Below, in pieces: positions 27,088 to 36,842 of a stretch of 63,150 bases of DNA. The DNA lies in contig JBBDZP010000053.1 in assembly GCA_040900105.1 (NCBI GenBank), forward strand, positions 3,726 to 66,875, read 5' to 3'. Under the pieces are notes generated by a model. It did no database searches. It worked only from the letters and a program-made list of their open reading frames with translations, and was not told where the DNA came from. The first letter of the stretch is position 1; every line of letters begins with the position of its first letter. This DNA is from Candidatus Levyibacteriota bacterium (GTDB lineage: Bacteria; Patescibacteriota; Microgenomatia; Levybacterales; UBA12049). The position numbers and the translations under genes were made by a program.

Positions 27088-28721
27088 CTCTTAATTGTAA
27101 CAAAGAGTGCTCTTACAAACAAAATCAGAGTCGTTAGTAAAGCTAAGTAAAATCCCACAATGCCAACTTTTCGCACAGCAGTGTCTTCAAGTCTTATCAT
27201 TACCTCATGCGTACCCTCTGGCAATTGAAATGAAATTAGTCCGTCTTGCGTTTTTTGAACATCTATTCTTTTTCCTTCGACAAATACACCCCAACCGGGA
27301 AAGTGAGCCGTATTTACAACAATTTCAGAATCTTCACTAGCAGTCACGACGGCAAAGTATTCGGAGCTTTTAATCTCTTTTATGTTAAAAGTACCAGAAC
27401 CTTTATTAAAAACAAACTTTGCATCAGCTTTTTTCAGATTTCTGTTAAATCCAACAATTCCAAACGCATTTCCTGGACTATTTGTTCCGTCTATAAAAAC
27501 AGGGTTTGCTATGTAATAGTTGTCTTGTCTATCCATGTAATAAGCCACTTTTGCATATCCTATTCCCAAAATAAACGACACACCAATAAGAAATACAGCA
27601 AGAATCTTCTTTGCTTTCCCAAAATAGACCACTCCACCGGCTAAAAAAGACGTGATTATCATTTCAAGGCTTAAAAATCTCCAGGGAAATTGAAAATAAT
27701 TCATTAATGGTATAGTTTCCCAGATAAATTCGGATGCTCTAAGCATTAAGAGAAACACCACAGAAAACCAAAACAGGAAAAATAAAACAATAGTTTTTTT
27801 GTTATCTTTTTTTCTATATAGCAACAGGAAAATTGGACAGAGAAACATCACGGTCAGATTTGCAACTCCTATCTGGAAAGATATTTGATCTTGCAATCCT
27901 CCTTCGGATAACCCAGATCCCCATGTAGGAATAAGGAGTTGATATAAAAGGGGGAAGTTATTTGATACTTCATAAATATCAAGTCCTACAACATATTGCT
28001 TTTCTAAAAGAGCCGGTAACCAAAAGATAGACGATAAGCCTAATCCTAATACCAATATACTAGTATATTGGTATATTAATGACCTTTTGTCTTTTTCCTT
28101 GTAAACAAGAAGGCTTACATAAAAAACGAGGAAAGCCGAAAACATCAAAGCTAAAATATTGTGAGAGAATATTAAAAGGGCAAAAAATACAGATGACAGA
28201 GGAAAAAATACTTGTTTCTTTGTTTTGGCAAATTTTGTCACTGACCAAAGAAGTGCGGGGAAAATAGCAAGCGCTAAAACTTCTCCCACAGAACCTCTAA
28301 CGTATACATCTACGAAATGATAAGGCGTAAAGGTGTAAAATACAGAAGAAACAATTCCTCCCAATTCCCCCCAAAATTCCCTACTCCATAAGTAAAAAAA
28401 TATTGCACCAATAATAAGAGACAAAAACATCTGGATCTTGAAACTTTCTATGAATGAGAATCCAAAAGCGTGAATAAGTAGAGCAAAATAATTAGGCAGC
28501 GGATATACATAATTGAACAAAGGAACCCCATATCCCGCATTAAGATCTGAAGCCCATCTTGGGTAAAAATCACCATCAAAAAAAGCTCTACTAAACTCGT
28601 AGAATCTTATAACGTGAAACTCCCCATCGTGCGTTGGAATAAGTCCTTTGTGAAGCAACGCAAATCCTGCCACTAATGCAAAGCACGAAACTATTAAAAA
28701 CGAAAGAATCGTTTTTCCCAT
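27084..28721 (-). CDS. PTPS-related/YfhO-like GT-C-type integral membrane protein (paralog 1 of 4)
   Basis: THDGEFHVIRF, YPRWASDLNAGYGVPLFNYVYPLPNY, TPYHFVDVYVRGSVGE, FQFPWRF, and C-terminal HFPGWGVFVEGKRI...GLISFQLPEGTHEV followed by a final TM. Same motif set as 33569, 43640 and 61427. Confidence 0.7.
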   Translation of the reverse strand: MGKTILSFLIVSCFALVAGFALLHKGLIPTHDGEFHVIRFYEFSRAFFDGDFYPRWASDLNAGYGVPLFNYVYPLPNYFALLIHAFGFSFIESFKIQMFLSLIIGAIFFYLWSREFWGELGGIVSSVFYTFTPYHFVDVYVRGSVGEVLALAIFPALLWSVTKFAKTKKQVFFPLSSVFFALLIFSHNILALMFSAFLVFYVSLLVYKEKDKRSLIYQYTSILVLGLGLSSIFWLPALLEKQYVVGLDIYEVSNNFPLLYQLLIPTWGSGLSEGGLQDQISFQIGVANLTVMFLCPIFLLLYRKKDNKKTIVLFFLFWFSVVFLLMLRASEFIWETIPLMNYFQFPWRFLSLEMIITSFLAGGVVYFGKAKKILAVFLIGVSFILGIGYAKVAYYMDRQDNYYIANPVFIDGTNSPGNAFGIVGFNRNLKKADAKFVFNKGSGTFNIKEIKSSEYFAVVTASEDSEIVVNTAHFPGWGVFVEGKRIDVQKTQDGLISFQLPEGTHEVMIRLEDTAVRKVGIVGFYLALLTTLILFVRALFVTIKR

Positions 28722-29830
28722 AATTTATTCTTAACAAACATAAACATCAATACGCAAGTAACCGGCACAAAGGTTACCAAAGTCTTAATAAGAGGAGACG
28801 GATCAAGATGAGTTCCTAAAAGCATATAGGGAATATATCTAAGTAGCAATGAGAATGAAAAAACTAAGCTGACAACCATCATACTCTTTCTTCTAAGGAG
28901 CGCTACAAAGGGCAAAAACCAAATAGCGTACCATGGATAAATTTCTTCTCTAAAGGGGGCAAGCAGAAATGCCGTCAACATTAAAATAGCGCAAATTGCA
29001 TATATTTTATCCCAGTTCACAGTTTTATTTTTGATTCGTAAAAAAACTACATAGAGAAATACGGGTAAAAGTAAAAGCGTTGAATATTTAATTAAAATAG
29101 ACAGTAGTAACAAAATAAAAGCCAGGAGAATTTTCTTTTTTGACAAAAGATATAATCCGGAAAGTGCAAAAAATACTACAGCAATATCATTATGCCCGCT
29201 TACTAAAGTCTCTATGATGACAAGAGGGTTCAAGGAAAAAATAACCACAGACAAAAAGTCCTTGGATATTTTATAAAGCATCCATGCAGTTGCCGCATAA
29301 AAAGCTGCTGCCAGCAACTTAAAGTTAAAGAGAATAAGAATGAAATTCCCAAACCCCAAAAAATGAGGAATAGAGGTAATACCCAGCCAAGTGGGGCCGT
29401 AAAGTGCAATTTTATTTGCCGCATGCGTGAAAGCAAGAAAAGGATCTCCTGTAAACTGCATAGGCATTATGATATAGGGATTTTCTTTATAGAGATACAG
29501 CACTTTTGCAGTGAGAACATAATTAAAAATATCATAAGAAAGCATTGCCGGGTAAGAAATAAGCAATGTTAAACTTGTCATGCCAATAATCCACTTTATG
29601 TCTTTTTTTCCTAAAGTATTATTTAAATACATTCGCCAAAATAGAAAATAGAAAACAAAAAAGGTACATATAAAAGATGCGTACATAATTGATGTTAATT
29701 GCCTATTGTCAAAAATAAAATTGGAGTAAAATCTATTAAGATAAGATAAGTTGAAATCTATAAAAAGATATGAGTAAAAAATAAATGCTATTAAAAAAAC
29801 AGAATAGAAAGAGATAATCCACTTCTTCAT
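28694..29830 (-). CDS. Polytopic membrane protein, DUF2029/GT87-like GT-C candidate
   Basis: 378 aa, about 10 TM segments. LNPLVIIETLVSGHNDIAVVFFALSGLYLL...KYS resembles the DUF2029-type motif. Distant paralog of 45296..46519. Confidence 0.5.
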   Translation of the reverse strand: MKKWIISFYSVFLIAFIFYSYLFIDFNLSYLNRFYSNFIFDNRQLTSIMYASFICTFFVFYFLFWRMYLNNTLGKKDIKWIIGMTSLTLLISYPAMLSYDIFNYVLTAKVLYLYKENPYIIMPMQFTGDPFLAFTHAANKIALYGPTWLGITSIPHFLGFGNFILILFNFKLLAAAFYAATAWMLYKISKDFLSVVIFSLNPLVIIETLVSGHNDIAVVFFALSGLYLLSKKKILLAFILLLLSILIKYSTLLLLPVFLYVVFLRIKNKTVNWDKIYAICAILMLTAFLLAPFREEIYPWYAIWFLPFVALLRRKSMMVVSLVFSFSLLLRYIPYMLLGTHLDPSPLIKTLVTFVPVTCVLMFMFVKNKLWEKRFFRF

Positions 29831-30354
29831 AAGCTTTTATTCCTTAGCAGTATGGACAGTTGAATTGCAGCCTTAATTTTTAACTTTGAGGGTCTTTCTT
29901 TTTCTGGTTGCCAAATAAATTCTTCCGGCGCGTCTTTTGCAATAATTTCCAATATTTCAATATGCCTCTGAGCTGCAGATGAAAGGATCAATCTATTCTG
30001 AGTTATATTTTTTTCATCTTCTTGTGCTTTTTCAAGATTTGGAAGTGTTTCTTTAAAGTATCTATCTGATTTTTTAAGAGCGTTATATCCCAGTAAGTAT
30101 TGCTTATATTCAAAAAGTGTTTTTGCTTCCACTAAGTACTTGTCTGATTGCTTAAGGCTATAGGTAAATTGACCAAAATTGCCAAAATACCAATACTTAT
30201 TCAACTTCTCAAAAAGAAGGCGTGGTTTATATAAAAAACTTCCCGGCATAGCCGATGGGTAGGGAAGCACATAAGAAGACTGTGCAAAAATTGGAGCAAT
30301 GGAAAAAGTAAGAAGTATAAGTACGAGGAAAGGCACCCATAAGACTTTTTTCAT
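29827..30354 (-). CDS. Small secreted/anchored protein, DUF5667-like
   Basis: Signal or anchor MKKVLWVPFLVLILLTFSIAPIFA. MPGSFLYKPRLLFEKL motif, then a helical region. Same layout as 12053..12616. ATGA overlaps on both sides. Confidence 0.55.
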   Translation of the reverse strand: MKKVLWVPFLVLILLTFSIAPIFAQSSYVLPYPSAMPGSFLYKPRLLFEKLNKYWYFGNFGQFTYSLKQSDKYLVEAKTLFEYKQYLLGYNALKKSDRYFKETLPNLEKAQEDEKNITQNRLILSSAAQRHIEILEIIAKDAPEEFIWQPEKERPSKLKIKAAIQLSILLRNKSL

Positions 30355-31319
30355 TTTGGTTTTTTTCTATGCCAGGCAAATGCCGTCTCTACAATTGTAG
30401 CCAAGTCTGAACATTGGGTTGTAAAACCTAATCCCTCCCTTGCTTTCCTATTATCAGCAAAGATTTGAGGAGGGTCACCTTCTCTTCTTTCTACAATAGT
30501 TACGGGAATCTTGGCTCCGCTTACCTTCTCAACCATACTTAAAATTTCAAGATTAGAGTACCCTTTGCCTGTTCCCAGATTAAAACTGTCGCTTTTCTCT
30601 GATTTACCCAGTTTTTCCAAAGCGAGGATATGAGCCGTTGCCAAATCCTCAACATGGATATAATCACGGATGCAAGTTCCATCCGGAGTATCATAATCGT
30701 TGCCAAAAAGCGAAAACGCCGAACCTGTCAGAGCAGCTTCAATTGCAACAGGTATTATATGTGTCTCAGGGACGTGATCCTCCCCCAAGCTTCCATCAAG
30801 AGCTGCACCGGCTGCATTAAAATAGCGGAGATTTATGTGTTTTATTCCATAAATCTTGTCATACCAATTAAGCACATTTTCAAACATAAGCTTTGACTCA
30901 CCATACACACTCTCTGGAGATTTTTCCGATTCTTCAGTAACAGGTAAGGTTTTAGGTGTTCCATATACTGCGCACGTTGAGGAGAAAATAATATTTTTGA
31001 TTTTGGAGTCTCTCATAAATTCCAGAAGATTAAGCCCTCCTAAAATATTATTCTGAAAATATTTGTATGGCTGTTGCATGGATTCCCCAGCAAGAGCATA
31101 TGCGGCGAAATGAATAACTCCGTCAAAATTCTTCCCGGCTAGTCCATTTCTAAGAGACTCCTTATCCAATAAATCTCCGACAATCAGCTCTGTTGACACA
31201 GCTTCTTTGTGCCCGTTTATCAAATTGTCAAAAACTACAACTTCATGGCCTTTATTAGTTAAAGCCTTTGCTGTAATACTTCCAATGTATCCTGCTCCGC
31301 CTGTTACTAAAATTTTCAT
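30351..31319 (-). CDS. galE: UDP-glucose 4-epimerase
   Basis: MKILVTGGAGYIGS, VIHFAA, SSTCAVYG, YGESK, NLRYFNAAGA and DGTCIRDYIHVEDLA give a full-length match to the GalE pattern. Confidence 0.9.
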   Translation of the reverse strand: MKILVTGGAGYIGSITAKALTNKGHEVVVFDNLINGHKEAVSTELIVGDLLDKESLRNGLAGKNFDGVIHFAAYALAGESMQQPYKYFQNNILGGLNLLEFMRDSKIKNIIFSSTCAVYGTPKTLPVTEESEKSPESVYGESKLMFENVLNWYDKIYGIKHINLRYFNAAGAALDGSLGEDHVPETHIIPVAIEAALTGSAFSLFGNDYDTPDGTCIRDYIHVEDLATAHILALEKLGKSEKSDSFNLGTGKGYSNLEILSMVEKVSGAKIPVTIVERREGDPPQIFADNRKAREGLGFTTQCSDLATIVETAFAWHRKKPK

Positions 31320-31332
31320 ATCTATATTATAA

Positions 31333-32823
31333 CTAAAATTGCTCCCTAATCCACCATTTGGTATGAGAATCGTAAATTTGCCCGAATGTCACATATTTCC
31401 ATCCTTTATCTATTAATGATTTCTCCGATGCATCTGAAAAATTGTAGAGACCAATCGGGCTTATCTCTTTTGATCCGAGGTCTACGCCGCTTGGAAACTC
31501 ACAGTCACTGGAGAGTCCTATTTTCATACCTTCCTTATTAAATTTATGCTTTAAATCCAAAATGAATAAAAGCGAGTAAGTTTCTCTTTCGCGCGCAGTC
31601 TGAATTGTCAACGAGCATGTATAAAGCACAAAATTTTCATTGGGATAGGCTCTTTCCAAATCATCTATTGCAGAGTACATACTCATAGTAAAAGGGTCCT
31701 TTCCCAACTCAGGCATGACTTTTGGAATTGCAAAAAACGTAAGGATTAACAGAGCAAAAACTGCTGCGTACGCCCTAATTTTTATTCTTCCTAGGTGCAA
31801 TATGGTAAATGTTGTAAAAATGAAAACAAACGGTCTAAGGAAATTTAAATATCCAAAATATCTTGGTCCCCAATAATATCTAAGAAGAATAAAATTAAAA
31901 ACAAAAGCAACTATTATAAAGACCATGGGCAAGGAAAGCTTCTTTTTATAAAATGTCCATGCCAAAGCTGCAATAAGTACGGCAATAATTACATTTGCCA
32001 CCCACACCGGAGTACCTAATGCGTCCGACCAGAAAGATGGCCAAAAATCGCGGACATAAAAAAGCCAACGGTTTGGTACGTATATAGCATTTTTCCCTTC
32101 AGTCACATAATAAAAAATGTTTCTTGTATTAAACCAATTATTATTTAACTCAAAAAAGAGAAGCGGGACGAATGCAACAATTACACCCGCAGCTGAGGTA
32201 AGAAAATACAAATATTTTTTTCTCTTATAAAATAAGACTATTAAAGGCAGAATTAGCAGTCCTGCCATTTGGAAATGGAGATTCATGCCTACCCCTATAA
32301 CGATACCCAACGCAAATCCCCACCAGTAAGAAATATTTTTTGATAAAAGTTTTAAAAATATCCATATAGAGAGGGCGGCAAATAAGTTAGTATTATTGTG
32401 ACTTGTCAGATGGGTTGCGGAAATAACTTGGGCAGGAGAAATTGCGGAAATGAAAGCAAGGACTAGCCCAAATACCTTACCTCCCAGGAGGTAGCCAATT
32501 TTATACATTATAAAAACGTATAGAACCGAGATCACTCCTAGATAAATCCATGGTGTATATACAAATGGGAGGATAATCGTAGCTAAAATAAGCTGGTACG
32601 CATACCACGGACCAAAAGTGAAGGGCCCAAGAGATGAAAAAGAACCAACCAGAGGAAATTGTAACTGTCTTGCTCCTTCTATTCCAATGACTGCATCTCT
32701 GATAGTCTCCACCCCCATGCCGTACCTGTAAGGAACGTTATAAAATCTAAGTATCGCAGCACCAAGCAATATCAGAAATAAAACATAGAGATGGACATGC
32801 TTCTTTTTAAAAAACTTTTTCAT
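31333..32823 (-). CDS. COG1807/ArnT-like GT-C membrane glycosyltransferase candidate
   Basis: 496 aa, polytopic. LRFYNVPYRYGMGVETIRDAVIG...LGPFTFGPWYAY is paralogous to 46516..48048 (RFYNYDNRWSLAHDQARDALIG...MGPIWYW). Confidence 0.55.
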   Translation of the reverse strand: MKKFFKKKHVHLYVLFLILLGAAILRFYNVPYRYGMGVETIRDAVIGIEGARQLQFPLVGSFSSLGPFTFGPWYAYQLILATIILPFVYTPWIYLGVISVLYVFIMYKIGYLLGGKVFGLVLAFISAISPAQVISATHLTSHNNTNLFAALSIWIFLKLLSKNISYWWGFALGIVIGVGMNLHFQMAGLLILPLIVLFYKRKKYLYFLTSAAGVIVAFVPLLFFELNNNWFNTRNIFYYVTEGKNAIYVPNRWLFYVRDFWPSFWSDALGTPVWVANVIIAVLIAALAWTFYKKKLSLPMVFIIVAFVFNFILLRYYWGPRYFGYLNFLRPFVFIFTTFTILHLGRIKIRAYAAVFALLILTFFAIPKVMPELGKDPFTMSMYSAIDDLERAYPNENFVLYTCSLTIQTARERETYSLLFILDLKHKFNKEGMKIGLSSDCEFPSGVDLGSKEISPIGLYNFSDASEKSLIDKGWKYVTFGQIYDSHTKWWIREQF

Positions 32824-33587
32824 GCATTTATTATAAATTTTAGATAGGATAACGGAAATCTAAGTGCAGAAAAAAACGAAAAAACAAAACCCTGCCAACT
32901 ATCCATGAATCCCTTGTGTCTTATGTAGGTTAACAAAAACCACCATACGGGAAGAATAAGTAAGTATTTTATAGCAGTAACTGGATTGTACCATTTCACA
33001 TTTGATTCTTTAAGCTGCTTTGCTATAAATGACGTATATCTTTGCCACCTTTTAAAGTACCTCTCAAACTCCGGGTCTGACATATGAATAAGGGGATTTT
33101 TTAAATATCCAATTTCCCCTTCAACTACTGCCTGTTCATGAACATCTTTCTGTGGCAATCTCCCTTTTCCTTTTCTGTAGAGTCTTAAAGTATAGTCCGG
33201 ATATTGTCCTCCTTTCATAAGAAACCTGCCCAAAAACCAATTTTCCCGAGGAATCCAGTATCCGTTTATATTTGAGCATTTGATATTTGAGATTTGAGAT
33301 TTGATTTCATCACGAAGTGATGGTGTTACTCTCTCATCAGCATCAAGCTGCAGAATCCATTCTCTTGTTGCCATATCGATTGCTTTCTGTTTATTAATGT
33401 GAAAATTCTCACGATTCTCTACGACTTTAGTTTTAGCATTGTATTTTTTTGCAATCTCAAGCGTTGCATCTTTAGATGTACCGTCAACAATTACAATTTC
33501 ATCTGCTAAATTCCTAACTGACTTAAGACAGTCTGGTAAATTTTTCTCTTCGTTGTAAGTTGCAAGAACTACAGAAATCGTCGCCAT
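32820..33587 (-). CDS. GT2 glycosyltransferase (WaaE/KdtX-like type with hydrophobic C-terminal tail), paralog A
   Basis: ISVVLATYNEEKNLPDCL, VIVDGTSKDAT, LDADERV, YWIPRENWFLG and the C-terminal FMDSWQGF region. Paralogs at 56724..57473 and 58386..59291. Contains a heptamer array. Confidence 0.8.
   Translation of the reverse strand: MATISVVLATYNEEKNLPDCLKSVRNLADEIVIVDGTSKDATLEIAKKYNAKTKVVENRENFHINKQKAIDMATREWILQLDADERVTPSLRDEIKSQISNIKCSNINGYWIPRENWFLGRFLMKGGQYPDYTLRLYRKGKGRLPQKDVHEQAVVEGEIGYLKNPLIHMSDPEFERYFKRWQRYTSFIAKQLKESNVKWYNPVTAIKYLLILPVWWFLLTYIRHKGFMDSWQGFVFSFFSALRFPLSYLKFIINA
33278..33305. repeat. Heptanucleotide tandem array (ATTTGAK)x4 on the plus strand, inside the GT2 gene
   Basis: atttgat atttgag atttgag atttgat at 33278..33305. 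A fifth copy (33270..33276) is separated by one inserted c. The minus-strand reading encodes EIKSQISNIKCSNIN. Confidence 0.9.
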
Positions 33588-35200
33588 AATTTATTACTCC
33601 ATCTATTATAAGATAGCACCAATAGTAAAGCAGCTGCGCTTATTAAGTCTGCAAATAATCTTAGCTTTGTTTCCGTATAGATAACTTCAACTATATGCAC
33701 TCCTCTATCTACAGGAAAGGTTATAAGTCCCCTACTATTCCGGTCTTGGAACTGAACCTCCACAGGCTGCGAATCAACTAATACTTTCCATCCCGGAAAG
33801 TACAGGGTATTTTCCCTGAATCTCGCGCTAGTTTTTACATCAACTGTGTATACATGCTTTGTGGCCTTCCTTTGGGTGACTTGGACAAGAGCATCGCCGC
33901 TTATCACCTCTATTTCTGCCGCTGCTCTTTTTTCCATAAACCTAACGGACCATATGGGTCCACTTTCTCCCGTATCTGTAGTAGAGTTATAAATTCCGGT
34001 AAAAAATTGCTCCGGCTTTTGAAGATATCCTTGGGCATGCCAATAATCCTTACTTAGGAGCAGTATTGTAATGGTAAAGACTATCAAGCTAATTTTTTCC
34101 AGCTTAGCAGGTATTTTAGAAAATACTAACGCGGCAAGAGCTGATGTTGAAAAAACGGTTATTGCTAAAAATCTCCAAGGAAATTGAAAGTTCTGAAGAA
34201 TTATGAATCTACTCCAAATAAAGTCGGAGACCGGCAACATTATAAAGATTGCCAAAATAGAATACGCAACTAAGGACAGGATAAGAACATTCTCCTTCTT
34301 TCTTTTATTCCAGAAAAATAAAACCGGAGAAAGTATAAGAAAAAGCAGGTGCAAAATTCCAATCTGTAGGGTAAACTCTCCCGTTCCCCCAAAGCTCCAT
34401 GGTCCGTAAAAAAGGCTTTTGATATCAACGAATCTTTCCAGATATGCTCCTTTGGTTACTATATTTCTAAGTGTATATTTTGCTTCAATAAGTCCTGGAA
34501 TCCAGAAAAATGCGGATAGGGCAAGACCAAACACCAGAATCGCCCCTAAGCTTATGAGGTAATCTTTTCTATCTTTCTTATAAAAACCCAGAATCGTGCC
34601 GTAAACTAATAAAAACGGCATATATATTAAACTTATTGCGTTGTGGGAAAGTACCAAGAAAGCAACGGAAATGCTACCTAGTACTACGTATTTAGCGTTT
34701 ATTTTTTTACTTAGTTTTAAAATAAAATACAGAGAGACTGGCATAAATGCAAAAGCAAGATTCTCGCCAATATCTCCTCGTACATACAAATCAACAAATC
34801 TATAAGGAGCATACATGTAGAGAATTGCTCCTACAAATGCCGGTCCCCTACGAAGGAACTCGGCAAGCCACATGAACATAAAAATCCCAGACAGTACCAT
34901 CCCTAAGCCAAAAACTATTTTTGTTGAATCAATTAGTGAATAGCCCATAAAATGGAAAAGGGAGGCGATGTAAGATGGCAGCGGATAAAGAAATTCAAGA
35001 ACAGGGTGTCCATATCCCCAGTTTAGGTTTGGAGCCCACCTTGGAATAACATTTCCCTCTGATAGATTTAAATAGAAATTGGCAATCCTGGCAACATGAT
35101 CTTGTCCATCATGGGTAAACGGGAGTCCGGAGTGAAACAACCCCAGCACAGGAACAAGACACATTGCAAGCAAGGTTACAATTAGAAGCTTTTTATACAT
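33569..35200 (-). CDS. PTPS-related/YfhO-like GT-C-type integral membrane protein (paralog 2 of 4)
   Basis: THDGQDHVARI, IPRWAPNLNWGYGHPVLEFLYPLPSY, APYRFVDLYVRGDIGE, FQFPWRF, and C-terminal YFPGWKVLVDSQPV...GLITFPVDRGVHIV plus a final TM. Confidence 0.7.
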   Translation of the reverse strand: MYKKLLIVTLLAMCLVPVLGLFHSGLPFTHDGQDHVARIANFYLNLSEGNVIPRWAPNLNWGYGHPVLEFLYPLPSYIASLFHFMGYSLIDSTKIVFGLGMVLSGIFMFMWLAEFLRRGPAFVGAILYMYAPYRFVDLYVRGDIGENLAFAFMPVSLYFILKLSKKINAKYVVLGSISVAFLVLSHNAISLIYMPFLLVYGTILGFYKKDRKDYLISLGAILVFGLALSAFFWIPGLIEAKYTLRNIVTKGAYLERFVDIKSLFYGPWSFGGTGEFTLQIGILHLLFLILSPVLFFWNKRKKENVLILSLVAYSILAIFIMLPVSDFIWSRFIILQNFQFPWRFLAITVFSTSALAALVFSKIPAKLEKISLIVFTITILLLSKDYWHAQGYLQKPEQFFTGIYNSTTDTGESGPIWSVRFMEKRAAAEIEVISGDALVQVTQRKATKHVYTVDVKTSARFRENTLYFPGWKVLVDSQPVEVQFQDRNSRGLITFPVDRGVHIVEVIYTETKLRLFADLISAAALLLVLSYNRWSNKLWRRFL

Positions 35201-35201
35201 T

Positions 35202-36842
35202 CTATTTTTTTATTGTAAAAATTTTGATTGTCTTTTCTCCATTGAGATTCTCTATGTCTTTTATGGTTTCTATTTCAGGCGCTAACTTTTCCTCCTGAAA
35301 AAATTGAGAATAGTTACCTATAATTAGGTTCCTGGACTTTTCTTCTTCTATGCTCACTGGCCTAAATTCGTATTTACCAAACTCATGCGTTACGTTATAT
35401 CCACCAGATACGGTCCCACCCTGCTCTTGATAAAGTTTTGGGTCATATTTGGTATAGAAAAGAAAAAACATATATGACTGCGCAAGGTTATCATTGTTTG
35501 CAAAAATTACAGACTTATAATTTTTTTCATTTTCTTGGACATATCCTATTGCTTGAGACAAAGAGTATTGGAAACTATCCGATTGAGTTTTTGGAAAAAC
35601 ATAAAAATATTGCCTTGAAAAGGTCCATAGGCTAGCAAAAACAATTACCAAGCCCGAGGCAAGCAGAACATTTCTCCGGATTTTTTTATGAACTAATGAA
35701 AACATATAAACCAGTCCCAGACCCGAGAATATTTGCCATGTCGGTAAAAAAACCAAAGTTCTTAGAGCGTGAGGAGAATCTGTAGTTAAGGAAGCCGCTA
35801 TTGGAGCTGACAAAAACCAGACAAAGATTAGGACCTTAATCTTTTTATCAAAGTCTAGGCGCAAGAGAAAATATATGCCCAACATTATGAGTGGTAACTC
35901 CCAAATATACATAAGGCCCACTCCTGGAACTTTATGTCTATCTCCTGACGAATTTGTGAAGAGCCACACAGGATTAAAATGAGAAAGATACGATTCCGCA
36001 AAAATTTGAGACGTTACCAATCTTCTGTTATATAGGACTTCTGAAATTTTATCATTTTGCAAGATTGCGCTTTGAAGTATGGAGAACTGGTCTGTATATC
36101 TTGACTTATTCAACTCAAAAACATTCGTAGCAGAAAATCTTATGAGAGCATTCGGAGATAAGGTTTCTCTGATAAAAGGAACTAAAATAATTAAGGAAAA
36201 TACCGCGGCTATTAATATTTGTTTTTTTTGCTTAAGAAGGTCTTTATAGAAAACTACCGCAAGTCCAAAAATAACTGCGGGGATAAAAAGTTTCTCCGTT
36301 TGATAAGAAATAAAAGATATTACAAAAAACAGTGCAGCAAGGTAGATGTTCTTTCTTAGGAAGAAATACATTGCAAAGACAAAAGCAGAAAAGGCCAAAT
36401 TAACTTCGTGCCCCAGTCTTGAAATATAAATATGCCACGGAGAGATTGCGAGCAAAAATGCGCAGGCCAACGCTATATATTCTGATCTAAGCAGTTTCTG
36501 TTTCCTAAACATCTCATTTACCAAAAAATAAGTAGCAAGGACTGTTAAAACAGAAAGGATTACTGACGGAAGTCTAACCGATAGAACACTTAATCCAAGA
36601 AGCTTAATAAAGGGAATAACCATATATACATAGGTAGCAGGTCTCCAGTCATCAAAAGCTCTTAAAAGTATTGGAAACTTATATCCATACTCGTCTCCCC
36701 CAGTAGTTAGAATAGAAAATGCATTCCATCCTATACTTGCCTCATCCAGCGATGTGCTTGGCGGAACATTTCCTAGCTGATAAGTTCTAAGTGCAAATGC
36801 TAGAAAAATTATTAAAAACAGGAAAATAAAGTTTTTCTTCAT
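35202..36842 (-). CDS. GT39/PMT_2-like GT-C membrane glycosyltransferase (tandem paralog 1)
   Basis: LRTYQLGNVPPSTSLDEASIGWNAFS...DEYG, ISPWHIYISRLGHE, SPHALRTLVFLPTWQI, and a conserved C-terminal soluble domain SYMFFLFYTKYDPKLYQ...FGKYEFRP. Confidence 0.75.
   Translation of the reverse strand: MKKNFIFLFLIIFLAFALRTYQLGNVPPSTSLDEASIGWNAFSILTTGGDEYGYKFPILLRAFDDWRPATYVYMVIPFIKLLGLSVLSVRLPSVILSVLTVLATYFLVNEMFRKQKLLRSEYIALACAFLLAISPWHIYISRLGHEVNLAFSAFVFAMYFFLRKNIYLAALFFVISFISYQTEKLFIPAVIFGLAVVFYKDLLKQKKQILIAAVFSLIILVPFIRETLSPNALIRFSATNVFELNKSRYTDQFSILQSAILQNDKISEVLYNRRLVTSQIFAESYLSHFNPVWLFTNSSGDRHKVPGVGLMYIWELPLIMLGIYFLLRLDFDKKIKVLIFVWFLSAPIAASLTTDSPHALRTLVFLPTWQIFSGLGLVYMFSLVHKKIRRNVLLASGLVIVFASLWTFSRQYFYVFPKTQSDSFQYSLSQAIGYVQENEKNYKSVIFANNDNLAQSYMFFLFYTKYDPKLYQEQGGTVSGGYNVTHEFGKYEFRPVSIEEEKSRNLIIGNYSQFFQEEKLAPEIETIKDIENLNGEKTIKIFTIKK

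Noticed and set aside
27246-27644. Antisense or alternative-frame ORFs of 60-132 aa throughout the track. Examples: 27246..27644, 15105..15491, 20714..21061, 7273..7590, 6344..6652, 42922..43248, 37251..37460 and 24160..24375.
   Set aside because: Each lies entirely within a longer ORF that has clear family motifs. Their translations are low-complexity, as expected for AT-rich shadow frames.
27084-28721. Taking the family name '6-pyruvoyl-tetrahydropterin synthase-related' at face value (pterin/queuosine metabolism)
   Set aside because: These are 545-570-aa polytopic membrane proteins sharing motifs and a C-terminal module with YfhO-type proteins. They are embedded among glycosyltransferases, and nothing resembles the small soluble PTPS enzyme.
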